64,000 bases of DNA from a virus. Under the pieces are notes generated by a model. The model saw only the letters and a list, made by a program, of their open reading frames with translations, was not told the origin of the DNA and did no database searches. The stretch is from the IMG/VR virus record IMGVR_UViG_3300022752_000030, positions 1 to 64,000 of that record; one strand, written 5' to 3'. Positions 28,898 through 38,320 of this stretch are shown here, one piece after another. A program made the position numbers and the translations under genes. Every line of letters starts with the position of its first letter. Position 1 is the stretch's first letter.

Positions 28898-29559
28898 TGG
28901 TCATAGTCATTACGTATGAGTGAATGCCATGTTCCGTTATGTGGTCCAGGAGGAAACGGATTATTCATGTTCACATATATTAGATTATTGCCGTACAAAT
29001 TATGTTCGTATAAATTTGCCTTCATCATGTCTTCACCGATAAATTGATATCCAGAATCATAATACTTATCTATGTTCAAATAAGTTGACATGTATTTCAT
29101 CATTATTTCTTTTGATCCAAAAGCAAATTGGTCGTTTCCAAAATCTCTTTCGGGAGTCATACGACAATTTGGTATATACAATTTTTTATTTTCTAAATCA
29201 GCGAAAGGTATTTTAACATTTAAAGCATAATCCGTTCTCGATTTGATCACCCAATCATAATCCCCCTCAACTAATTGACTACATTTATACATCGAGTATA
29301 ACATGTTATATGTAAATCTAGGAGGATGTTTTAATAGATTTGGTGTATTTTTATATTGACTGTCGTAGTTACCAACTAGAGGTGTTTCAAACTCATATTT
29401 TTTTGGATTGTAAATATTAATAAGATTTTCACTTAAAACAAATTTCCAAGAATGAATGTAGACATCGACATTGTAATGGGAAAAAAGATTATTTTTATAA
29501 TACTTATAACCTTCTTCGAATGATCTTGCTTGACCACATAAGCATAAAGCGATTTTCAT
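28882..29559 (-). CDS. Putative glycosyltransferase-like protein
   Basis: MKIALCLCGQAR, DVYIHSW, YDWVIKSRTD, NDQFAFG. Confidence 0.6.
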   Translation of the reverse strand: MKIALCLCGQARSFEEGYKYYKNNLFSHYNVDVYIHSWKFVLSENLINIYNPKKYEFETPLVGNYDSQYKNTPNLLKHPPRFTYNMLYSMYKCSQLVEGDYDWVIKSRTDYALNVKIPFADLENKKLYIPNCRMTPERDFGNDQFAFGSKEIMMKYMSTYLNIDKYYDSGYQFIGEDMMKANLYEHNLYGNNLIYVNMNNPFPPGPHNGTWHSLIRNDYDQWKKH

Positions 29560-30245
29560 TTTTGTAAAAATACCGATAATTTTTCTGTTGTCAATTGAGG
29601 TACATTATTATTAAAAATATTTCTCAATAACATCATGTGAGGACAATACCTCTGGTCTTTATGTATTTTAATATTATTCTCACCGTAAAATCTTACATTT
29701 CTAAGATAGTCTTCAAATTCCGGTTCAAATTGAGTTGAGTGCAATTGTTCATATTTGTCATATATAAAATAATATTTTGCGTATTTAAAGGGCATAATCG
29801 CAAAAATATCCGATATTAAATTATAAGACTCTTGCAATGGAGTAAGAATCGTATTGATTTCTTCAAATTTAAATACTTGTGTAAAATTTACATCATAGCG
29901 ACAATAAACAAGTTCATCATATTCTTGATCAATTAAATCAAAAGCTTGTTTTCTACTAAAATTCATGGAAGCATTTCCTGAAATTTTATCAATCGATAAA
30001 GGTTTCGGATTTGCTTGTAGAATTCTTTTTTCCATTTCAAAAAATATTTGTTGATAATTTCTCCAATCTTCAACTAAGATTTTTTTAGGATTTAACTTAT
30101 CAATTATATTTTGTTGTTCATATTCATGAGTTAACCACAAATGACAATACACATCAAGTTCATTGATGTCAATAAATTTTTTAATGTTATCGCACGTTTG
30201 GTCAAAAGTCCTATAGTGACCAGATAAAATAATGCATTTTTTCAA
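29556..30245 (-). CDS. Putative glycosyltransferase-like protein, paralog of 28882-29559
   Basis: IILSGHYRTF, DVYCHLW, YD..YCRYD, SDIFA. Confidence 0.55.
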   Translation of the reverse strand: MKKCIILSGHYRTFDQTCDNIKKFIDINELDVYCHLWLTHEYEQQNIIDKLNPKKILVEDWRNYQQIFFEMEKRILQANPKPLSIDKISGNASMNFSRKQAFDLIDQEYDELVYCRYDVNFTQVFKFEEINTILTPLQESYNLISDIFAIMPFKYAKYYFIYDKYEQLHSTQFEPEFEDYLRNVRFYGENNIKIHKDQRYCPHMMLLRNIFNNNVPQLTTEKLSVFLQK

Positions 30246-30254
30246 GATAAAATC

Positions 30255-30824
30255 TCACTTATACCAATACCAAACGTCACATTCGGTTGTTAAAATTTCT
30301 TTATTAACTTTATTTGCAAATTCATTAGCTGCACGATTTACACCTTCGATTGCAGTAAAATCATGGCCTGAGAATATTCCACCTGGTTTTAAAAACTTAT
30401 AATAGTTTTCACAATCTTTACTCAACTGTTCGTATGTATGAAGACCATCGATGAAAATAAAATCAAATTGATTTTCAGAAAAAAGATCAACCGCATCATC
30501 TGATGTTTTACGAATTAAAGAAAATCGATTCGAATATCCTTTCAATCTTTCCACCATTTGTTGATAAACGTTTTCTCTTTCGTTTAAGGAATTTCCATTC
30601 CAATCAATATAGTTTTCATATGGATCAATTGAAGTTAAATTCAATGTCGGATTTGAATCCAATAAAAAATTAGTTGTATCACCAATGTCACAACCAATTT
30701 CTAATCCTACTGGATTATTAATATCTTTAATCAGATATCCAAGACCGTAACCAGAACACTTGAATGTTCTCTGTACATTAAAGGATTGGTTTTCCGTATT
30801 AATTACAATTACATCATCACTCAT
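30255..30824 (-). CDS. Class I SAM-dependent methyltransferase (Methyltransf_24-like)
   Basis: LEIGCDIG, IDPY, FDFIFIDGLHTYE, LKPGGIFSGHD. Confidence 0.88.
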   Translation of the reverse strand: MSDDVIVINTENQSFNVQRTFKCSGYGLGYLIKDINNPVGLEIGCDIGDTTNFLLDSNPTLNLTSIDPYENYIDWNGNSLNERENVYQQMVERLKGYSNRFSLIRKTSDDAVDLFSENQFDFIFIDGLHTYEQLSKDCENYYKFLKPGGIFSGHDFTAIEGVNRAANEFANKVNKEILTTECDVWYWYK

Positions 30825-30827
30825 TTT

Positions 30828-31688
30828 TTACACCCTGTAAACAAAGAAATTATTTGGATCCTCTTGATTGAATTTTTTCATTATCAATTCTTTCCATAGA
30901 GGTACACGATCATATTGGTGAACAATACAAAATGGTTCTCCTGTATGTGTTTTAACCAATCCACTTTCAAAATCAAATGCGGGCTCAGGCTCTGTTAGAA
31001 AAGGTCTGAATGCTTCTATTTTTGAAGGATCGCCTGTTGTTCCTAATTGTACTGCCCAGCCGTCTTGTTGTTTAGTAAACAGAACTTTATCTTTATACGG
31101 TTGTGTTTGTATTGAAACGTTGTAAACAGCTTGATCAACTATGGGAATGGGTCTATTTGTAGAATTGATGAATATGTTTAGTACTAAGTCTTTAACATAC
31201 TCTGCTGTTCCTCCGATTGTACCAACATTATAAATTTCGTTACCTACAAACAAAAGATAAAAATATGGACCGTATGTTTCCATCAAATTTTGATTTCCCC
31301 AAGGCTCATATTTGTATGATATACTCTCAGAACCAGCTACTAGGGTTTTATTTTCTGGTAAATTTTTCTTAATCCATTCGATTGGATCTTTTTGAAAATA
31401 TACGTCCTTGACATCAGTTGTTACTACGTAGTCATAGTCTTTCCAGGTATCTTTAAGATAATCATAAATTGCAAGAAATCTTGCAACATGAATTGGAGCC
31501 TCTACCTTCAACATGTCAACAATTTTAAAATTTCTTTTGATCAATTCATCACGTGTTTCTTGTGATGCATTACCAACAACCATCACTTTGTCGCCTTCAA
31601 AACCACACTCATCAATAGACTCAACCCAAGGTTTGAGTTGATTGTAGGTATAGTTTGTAAAAGCACCGATAATTAAATTTTTCGCCAT
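30828..31688 (-). CDS. GT-A fold glycosyltransferase
   Basis: RF..Y, TTDVKDVYFQ, NVGTIGG, DQAVYN, IVHQYDR. Confidence 0.7.
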   Translation of the reverse strand: MAKNLIIGAFTNYTYNQLKPWVESIDECGFEGDKVMVVGNASQETRDELIKRNFKIVDMLKVEAPIHVARFLAIYDYLKDTWKDYDYVVTTDVKDVYFQKDPIEWIKKNLPENKTLVAGSESISYKYEPWGNQNLMETYGPYFYLLFVGNEIYNVGTIGGTAEYVKDLVLNIFINSTNRPIPIVDQAVYNVSIQTQPYKDKVLFTKQQDGWAVQLGTTGDPSKIEAFRPFLTEPEPAFDFESGLVKTHTGEPFCIVHQYDRVPLWKELIMKKFNQEDPNNFFVYRV

Positions 31689-32383
31689 GGTAAAACTCCA
31701 TTATGTTTTCTTTTCATTTCTTCATTACCTCTCAAAAAGAATTCCGATGTAACGGAACCCGGATTTCCATCAACCCTATAGTTAACAGTATATTCTCCAG
31801 TGCAATCAAATTTTTTAAAGTGGTTTGATATTGTGTTGAAGAAAACTCTATCTTGTCCCCAACCGCCATGCCAGACACTAGCTAATTTTATCACAATATC
31901 AGATTTTACACAATAACAATTAGTATCTATGTGATGAAGTCCGTGATAAGTTTGCCATTTACCCAGAGATTCACAATCATCATTGCAAACATATTCTCCT
32001 TCTTTGTTGGCAACTTTTCGCAAAGAATATGACCAATCTAAATTATTTTTTTCTATTGTTTCAACACAACTCTGTACGTGATTTTTTTCAAACCAATTAT
32101 CTTGATCTAGATATAAAACATATTTTGTATTGATTAGATGTGAGAACGCAGCATAAACTCTATGTCCATAAAATCCATTAGCACCAACGTTAATAGGCAG
32201 AGAACATATTTTTAAATTTTTGTTACCCATATAATCGCTGGCAATAGTTTTAGCTTTTGCTGAAAAATTATCTCCATCGATAACCAAATAACAAATAGTT
32301 TCATATGTTTGATTCAACACACTCTCGATTGCATTACGCAATTCGCTAGCACCAGTTGTTGGTACGATCACAGTTGCAGTCAT
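31673..32383 (-). CDS. Glycosyltransferase family 2
   Basis: VIVPT, SVLNQTY, VIDG, LDQDN (DxD), DR. Confidence 0.85.
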   Translation of the reverse strand: MTATVIVPTTGASELRNAIESVLNQTYETICYLVIDGDNFSAKAKTIASDYMGNKNLKICSLPINVGANGFYGHRVYAAFSHLINTKYVLYLDQDNWFEKNHVQSCVETIEKNNLDWSYSLRKVANKEGEYVCNDDCESLGKWQTYHGLHHIDTNCYCVKSDIVIKLASVWHGGWGQDRVFFNTISNHFKKFDCTGEYTVNYRVDGNPGSVTSEFFLRGNEEMKRKHNGVLPWRKI

Positions 32384-32385
32384 AA

Positions 32386-32673
32386 TTATTCCCTTGTCAG
32401 TTTTAAAATCTTTTCAATTTGTTGTTCAATCGTAGGTTTTCGGTTTGGCCAGTAAATATACTCTTTATCTGCTGTAGTATATAGTTTTTGTAGGAAAGGA
32501 ATTATTATTTTTTCCAACTGAGCCAATCTTTGTTTGTAATCATCCGCTGTTTGTGCAGTATCGTTAATTACACGATTATATTCTTCTTCAGAAACGGCTG
32601 AGAATCCAAAATCATTGTCGGTGTTATGATCTTGGTATTCTTTTAAAATTTTATCAAAGTCAATTAATGGCAT
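32386..32673 (-). CDS. Conserved hypothetical protein
   Basis: DFGFSAV..YIYWPNR motif. Confidence 0.65.
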   Translation of the reverse strand: MPLIDFDKILKEYQDHNTDNDFGFSAVSEEEYNRVINDTAQTADDYKQRLAQLEKIIIPFLQKLYTTADKEYIYWPNRKPTIEQQIEKILKLTRE

Positions 32674-32674
32674 A

Positions 32675-33424
32675 TTAGGAGAAACAATTTAAATTTAAAT
32701 CTTTTTTGATGATATTAACACTTTTACCGTCTACTGGTGCAATGTTAAAAGGAGATTTTTTACTTGATGGAATTGAAAATTGCATTTCAAATGTAAATTG
32801 ATAGTTATCACTTCCTTTATATTGAACTCTTGCTCTGTATGTTGCTTTAGCTGAAGAACCAAATCTAGGCACATCTTTTAATTTTAAAGGATTTTTAGAT
32901 CCTAACAGATAGAAACCGTGTGTACCTACGTTAACATAATAAGTATCTTTTCGATTGTAATATTGTTCAATTTTTGTTGATGGTATTTCACCTCGAATAT
33001 CATGAAATGTATCTCTATCTCTTTCGTACTGTTGTTTTTTTGTTAGTTTACCGGCTGTTGCTTCCCACAAATCATCTTTCTCTCTTTTAAATGGAATTTC
33101 TTTCCATTCTTTTTTTATAATATCAAATAATCCAACTTCATCGGCTAAATCTTTAATAAACATTTTTTCAGTATCATCATCTTTGATATCACCAAATTTC
33201 CAAGGATTGGACTTATCTTTCGTGTCATATTTCAATACAAGAGAACCAGCTGAAGCTGCTGTTATTTTTAACTCACATCCAGCTTTAATTTTTTTGTGTT
33301 CCAACATTAAATCTGGCTGATCACTACCAGCACCAGCAGGAGTAAAATTTTTAGGTACCAGGCCCATAGGTTTTAAAATGTTTGCTGCATTTTTTTCATA
33401 TTCAAAACCTTGTTGTGCCGCCAT
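32675..33424 (-). CDS. Putative PD-(D/E)xK restriction-like endonuclease
   Basis: GFEYE..QPDLML..CELK catalytic pattern; late promoter GATAAATA at 33443-33450. Confidence 0.6.
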   Translation of the reverse strand: MAAQQGFEYEKNAANILKPMGLVPKNFTPAGAGSDQPDLMLEHKKIKAGCELKITAASAGSLVLKYDTKDKSNPWKFGDIKDDDTEKMFIKDLADEVGLFDIIKKEWKEIPFKREKDDLWEATAGKLTKKQQYERDRDTFHDIRGEIPSTKIEQYYNRKDTYYVNVGTHGFYLLGSKNPLKLKDVPRFGSSAKATYRARVQYKGSDNYQFTFEMQFSIPSSKKSPFNIAPVDGKSVNIIKKDLNLNCFS

Positions 33425-33445
33425 TTTAACTCCAAATCAAACTAT

Positions 33446-34552
33446 TTATCTGATAATTTGTATGTCTTTACCTGAAGTCCAAACCTCAAGTTCGGAACGC
33501 AAGCGGTTTTCAACTTTTAATGTTTCATATCTATTTGACGCTTTATTTTTCCACCATTCTATTACATTTTCTAATTCAAATTTATCATAAGTTTCATCTT
33601 TGATTAGTTTGTCTGTCTTGCAACAAACATAGTCTATCATGTTTTTATAACCGTAATGTGAAATGTAATATCTTTTTTGTTCGGTTAGTTTTTTTGCATC
33701 ATCTATTGTTCTTTGAAACACTTCGGCTTCAACATCACCTTTTAGTGCAGATTTTGTTAAAGCAATAATTTTCATTGTTGTTTTCAATTTTTTGCTCGAT
33801 GAATCAGCATCAACAATATCACCAACTTTACTTTCAACAAAATTACGTAAATCTTCGTAGGGTTTTCCGTGCATCATGGGAATGAAATCACTTTCGGTGA
33901 GACCCTTATATCTTATAAAAGGCTTCATGCCATCATATTGTGAAACTTGTTTTGAACTACCATAAAGACTTGTAGTTTCAAATAAACAAAGATTCATATT
34001 ATATTTTTTATTGACAATTTCACGCACAGCATGTGAACAACAAATTGCAGCCAAAAGTTTACCACCAAGATAATTATAACCAAAAGGTTGTGATGGTACA
34101 ATTACAAATCCCATCATAGACGAATCGTTAAATCTTTTGGACCATTCAGGTTTTTGTGTAAACACTTGTCCAAGCATTTCATTTCGAGGTTTCATGTTGA
34201 TTACTGGTGAACCAAGTCTAATGAATCCAACGAACTTTCCTGTGTTCTTTTCTCTGACAGCAAGCCTGATTTGTCGACCAACAGGTGAGATATTAATATG
34301 TGACGATGTGATATTGAGTAATGTTTCCCAAGTTTCTTGTGGTATTTCACAAACTTCAAAATCCATATCTTTCGGATGAATTGAGAAATCCGAAAATAAA
34401 TCTTCTTCTATAGGAAACAAAGGATTTGAAGGCAAATCAGCCAAAGATGCCAATTTTTGATCCCGCATATAATCATCAACACGATTGAAACTCCCAAAAT
34501 ATTTTTTAAAAACCGATGAACAATGAAGCGCATCTTCTTTTGTCAACATCAT
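33446..34552 (-). CDS. DUF4338 (DruA-like) protein
   Basis: GFIRLGSP, IVPSQPFGYNYLGGKLLA, ETTSLYG...SQYDG. Confidence 0.78.
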   Translation of the reverse strand: MMLTKEDALHCSSVFKKYFGSFNRVDDYMRDQKLASLADLPSNPLFPIEEDLFSDFSIHPKDMDFEVCEIPQETWETLLNITSSHINISPVGRQIRLAVREKNTGKFVGFIRLGSPVINMKPRNEMLGQVFTQKPEWSKRFNDSSMMGFVIVPSQPFGYNYLGGKLLAAICCSHAVREIVNKKYNMNLCLFETTSLYGSSKQVSQYDGMKPFIRYKGLTESDFIPMMHGKPYEDLRNFVESKVGDIVDADSSSKKLKTTMKIIALTKSALKGDVEAEVFQRTIDDAKKLTEQKRYYISHYGYKNMIDYVCCKTDKLIKDETYDKFELENVIEWWKNKASNRYETLKVENRLRSELEVWTSGKDIQIIR

Positions 34553-35910
34553 ACTTTAAATCCATCAAATGATTTTTTATTTGGTTTAGAAATACCACTA
34601 TCAACGATATCATTTTGTGCAGATTGTTCAACATCATACAATCTCATCTTTGCACGATCAATACCCAAACTAAATCTTTTGTGTGTGGTTGGATCAGAGT
34701 ATCTATTTTTTAATTGTTTGACCATAATTTGACCCAGTTCTTCGAGTTCTTCAGAAGATATCAAAGCAAACATCAAGTCAGCGGTTGCTGGCAAACCAAA
34801 AGATTCACTTGTATCTTCGAGTCCTGGATCGGAAGAGGTATAACCACTTCTTGTTGTTTGTGTTGCAGAAACAATTGGTACTCCGAACTCAACGGCAAGA
34901 CCTCGCAATTCTTCTGCGATTGATTTGACATAGGTGTAAGAATTAACGCTAGCTCCTGCCTTAATTCTAGAAGAGCAACATATGTTAAGATAATCAACAA
35001 AAATAATATCAGGAACAAAAGATTTTTTAAGATTGAGTTCATTCAAAAGTGTCCTAAAGTGTGTTGTTGATGCTGATGCGGTTGGGTATTCTTTAATGAT
35101 CAATTTACCTATAGTTTTTTCTCTGAGTCTAGCAATTTTTTTATCGTACACATCTTTAGGCAACTCAATTAAGTCGTCTACGGTTACATTCAATAAATTT
35201 GCATCAATGCGTTCTGCAATTTTTTCTTCAGCCATTTCCAAAGTGATGTACAATACATTTTTACCTTGTACCATACAACTAGCAGCAACGTGACACATGA
35301 ATAGAGACTTACCAACGCCAGTGCCCGCCAAGGCAATGTTAAGAGTTTTAGCAGGAAGACCACCTTTAGTAATCTTATTGAAGTAATCCAAGTCGAATGG
35401 TATACGTTCTTCTTTGCGGTGATAAAATTCATAACGACTCTCCGAATTTTCTAGATAATCATGCCCTACTGAATTGTCAAAAGAAACAGATAAAGCATCA
35501 GATAATATTTTAGGAATAGAACCTTTATCATTAGTTTTGTCTTTACCATCTAGAATGGAAATCGATCCGAGAACTGCATTGTATATAGCTTTTTCTTGAC
35601 AGAACTTTTCTGTTTTATCAATAAGCCATTGTATTTCAGATTTTTCTTTTGCGGATTTTTCAATTTCCGTAAGAGAGGCTTCACATTTCTCTAATTCATC
35701 TTCTGTGAGGTGTCGATTTTCTTTAACTGCTAAATTAATTGCTTCTATAGTTGCAGATACATTATACTTATTTGTAAATGAATATATTTCATTATAGATT
35801 GTTCTATCAGTTCTGTCGGAAAAATACTCTTGTTTTAAAAATGGTAATACTTTGCGTAAATATTCCTCATTGCAAATTAAGTTTTTTAAGATTGTTTGTT
35901 CAAGTCGCAT
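34549..35910 (-). CDS. gp41: Replicative DNA helicase (DnaB-like)
   Basis: AGTGVGKS, TLEMAEE, IKEYPT, VDYLNI, SATQTTR, KQLKNRY. Confidence 0.97.
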   Translation of the reverse strand: MRLEQTILKNLICNEEYLRKVLPFLKQEYFSDRTDRTIYNEIYSFTNKYNVSATIEAINLAVKENRHLTEDELEKCEASLTEIEKSAKEKSEIQWLIDKTEKFCQEKAIYNAVLGSISILDGKDKTNDKGSIPKILSDALSVSFDNSVGHDYLENSESRYEFYHRKEERIPFDLDYFNKITKGGLPAKTLNIALAGTGVGKSLFMCHVAASCMVQGKNVLYITLEMAEEKIAERIDANLLNVTVDDLIELPKDVYDKKIARLREKTIGKLIIKEYPTASASTTHFRTLLNELNLKKSFVPDIIFVDYLNICCSSRIKAGASVNSYTYVKSIAEELRGLAVEFGVPIVSATQTTRSGYTSSDPGLEDTSESFGLPATADLMFALISSEELEELGQIMVKQLKNRYSDPTTHKRFSLGIDRAKMRLYDVEQSAQNDIVDSGISKPNKKSFDGFKV

Positions 35911-35912
35911 AA

Positions 35913-35972
35913 TGTAATAAAATTGGTGGTTTTCCTCAAATGAAACAATGGCACTTCGATAAGTGTAAAGTT
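35913..35972 (+). pseudogene. Relic C-terminus of a homing endonuclease
   Basis: Plus-strand translation CNKIGGFPQMKQWHFDKCK, no start codon. Confidence 0.55.
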
Positions 35973-35974
35973 AA

Positions 35975-36289
35975 TCAACTGTCTGTTCCAACTTCATCAA
36001 TTATTTCCTGTTCAACATTAGAAGACATTATTTCAACCAAAAGATCGCCGATATAATTTTTAAAATCGGTATCTTTTTCTAAAATTTTTGGTTTTTGTTT
36101 TTCAGATTCTAACACATCATATGCGAAAAGTAAATATACTTGATCGCCTTCTTCCTTAAATTTAACTTTTCCATATTTGAAAACTACACTTTTATATGGA
36201 CCTTCCAAAAATTTGATGTGTACGGAAGATTTATCATTTTTTGGGTAAATATAACAATAATCGACACCTTCAATCATTTTAAGTTCCAT
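35975..36289 (-). CDS. Hypothetical protein at the gp40 position (between uvsX and gp41)
   Basis: Synteny; YGKVKF..L.F.Y..IGD.L motif. Confidence 0.6.
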   Translation of the reverse strand: MELKMIEGVDYCYIYPKNDKSSVHIKFLEGPYKSVVFKYGKVKFKEEGDQVYLLFAYDVLESEKQKPKILEKDTDFKNYIGDLLVEIMSSNVEQEIIDEVGTDS

Positions 36290-37349
36290 TCATTGTTTCA
36301 ACTTCAAAAGTTTCTTCAATTTCACCTTGAAGTATTTCGGATGATGCTACTCGATATTTATTTTCAACGAATTGGCGAAATCCAGCATCTGTGAGAATTG
36401 GCATCCAAAAATCTTTCGTATCAGTTTCTTTGATTCGATATTTCTTTTCAGAAACTTCACCCGTAGTCACATTTACACGTGAGTACCAACCATTGCTTGG
36501 CTTGATAACATGACCAGATTCAATTGCAAGATCAAGTAAGCCAGACCACCTGCTGATGCCACCATCAAAAGATACAGTAACAGGTATTTTAGATTTCTCT
36601 TTGACATATCTAGATTTTTCCACGTTAATGATAAAGTTGTAACCAACAATTTCTGTACCTTCTTTTTCTTGTTGACGACCAATAATGAAAATGTTATCTG
36701 CCGAATAATAAGAACCAGTGCCGCCACCAACAATATCTTTAGGAAACATTCCTATTTCTTTGTAAGTGTGATTCACTACAATCATAGGAATATCTTTCAA
36801 AGATAGATGTGGTGTCACCATTCTAAACAAAGATTTAACTTGTTTAGCTCTAGACATGTCAGCAACAGATTTTTGATCTAAAGCATCTTCAACTTCTTTC
36901 TTCGATGCAAGATTTCCAATAGAGTCAATAACAATAATCAACTTGTCACCACGTTCAAGATTTGTAAGTTGATTCATCACATCAAATTTTAATTGTTCAA
37001 TGTCCATGAGTGGAGTGTGCAATACACGTTCAGAATCAATACCAAAAGAATTAAAATAAGATTGTGGAGTTCCAAATTCAGAATCGTAAAAAAGAAGTGC
37101 GGCATCTGCATATTTTTCAAGATAAGATTTCGCCATCAACAACGAAAAAGCTGTCTTGAAGTGTTTAGAAGGACCTGCCCACATAGTAAGTCCTGGTGTC
37201 AATCCACCATCTAATTTACCAGACAATGCCACATTGATGATTGGCACAGACGTTTGAATCATATCTTTATTATTAAAGAATTTAGATTTCGATAGAATGG
37301 CAGAATCTTTAATACTACTATTCTTTTTAATTTTATCAAGTATGCTCAT
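36279..37349 (-). CDS. uvsX: RecA-like recombinase
   Basis: AGPSKHFKT, YDSEFG, IDSIGNLASKKE, VNHTY, GGTG. Confidence 0.96.
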   Translation of the reverse strand: MSILDKIKKNSSIKDSAILSKSKFFNNKDMIQTSVPIINVALSGKLDGGLTPGLTMWAGPSKHFKTAFSLLMAKSYLEKYADAALLFYDSEFGTPQSYFNSFGIDSERVLHTPLMDIEQLKFDVMNQLTNLERGDKLIIVIDSIGNLASKKEVEDALDQKSVADMSRAKQVKSLFRMVTPHLSLKDIPMIVVNHTYKEIGMFPKDIVGGGTGSYYSADNIFIIGRQQEKEGTEIVGYNFIINVEKSRYVKEKSKIPVTVSFDGGISRWSGLLDLAIESGHVIKPSNGWYSRVNVTTGEVSEKKYRIKETDTKDFWMPILTDAGFRQFVENKYRVASSEILQGEIEETFEVETMNGT

Positions 37350-38320
37350 TTAGTATTTTCCTTTTCATGAAACGAATATGTGGCGTTATAATCATAGTTA
37401 GGTTCCAACTTTAAATCTGTTTTAGTTTTCCTTTTAGGAAATCCTCTTTTTTTTATTGTTGGTTCTTCTTCAACTTGAGGTTCTTCAACAACAACAATAT
37501 TTTCTTTTTGTATTTCAACACTTTCTTCTTTTGGTGTGATTTTACCGTCGCCATCTGTCGGCTCACTTTTTTTCTCAGATTGAACCTTTAGTGACATATT
37601 TGCAGCTATCAATAATAACACAGCTAGAGGATCAAATACAACCATTATTAATATGATTACCAGTCTAACTGCCTTATCTATGATGTCTTTTTCATTTGAT
37701 CCATATATTAGTTCTGCGACATATTTTATAGGCCCAAAATCAGACTCCGCTTTTTGTAATTCTATTGACATTGGAGTTTTTTCTTCAACCAAGTCATTGA
37801 TTTTTTTCTGTGAGATTTCAATTTCACTGCTTAATCTACTTCTCTCTTTTTGTTGAGATTTTCTTATTGCAACAGATTTATCCGCACCTTTTTCATCTGT
37901 ACTTCTTGCCATGATCTGATCAACGGCTTCGTTTAATTGATTAAGTGTTTTTCTATTATTCTCAATATTCTCTTTTTCTACTTTTATCTTTTCATCGATC
38001 AATAATATTTTATTTGCTAATGGAGCAAAATCTGAAGAATGTTCTAAGTGTGTTTTTGAAAGATAACCAAAAATACCCATAGATGTAATAATCATCAAAA
38101 CAATACAGGCTGAGGTAAGATAGGTTCTCATCAATAATGGACATTGTTTCCAATTTCTGTATAACCAAGATACGGTAACAAGTTTTGATGCCTCAAGCAC
38201 AGAACCCATAATTACTATGGGTAAAAATGATCCAGGAAATATTTGAGCAAGTCCAATAACAGAATAATAAGCAGCAACAGCCGATAAAGCAATTGCTGTA
38301 AAAAAAGTTATGAGATTCAT
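37346..38320 (-). CDS. Membrane protein with coiled coil
   Basis: 3 N-terminal TMs, TSMGIFGYLSK, GPIKYVAE, VFDPLAVLL. Confidence 0.7.
   Translation of the reverse strand: MNLITFFTAIALSAVAAYYSVIGLAQIFPGSFLPIVIMGSVLEASKLVTVSWLYRNWKQCPLLMRTYLTSACIVLMIITSMGIFGYLSKTHLEHSSDFAPLANKILLIDEKIKVEKENIENNRKTLNQLNEAVDQIMARSTDEKGADKSVAIRKSQQKERSRLSSEIEISQKKINDLVEEKTPMSIELQKAESDFGPIKYVAELIYGSNEKDIIDKAVRLVIILIMVVFDPLAVLLLIAANMSLKVQSEKKSEPTDGDGKITPKEESVEIQKENIVVVEEPQVEEEPTIKKRGFPKRKTKTDLKLEPNYDYNATYSFHEKENTK

Noticed and set aside
33446-34552. Complete Druantia defence system
   Set aside because: No DruE-like large helicase or other dru genes; the context is core phage replication
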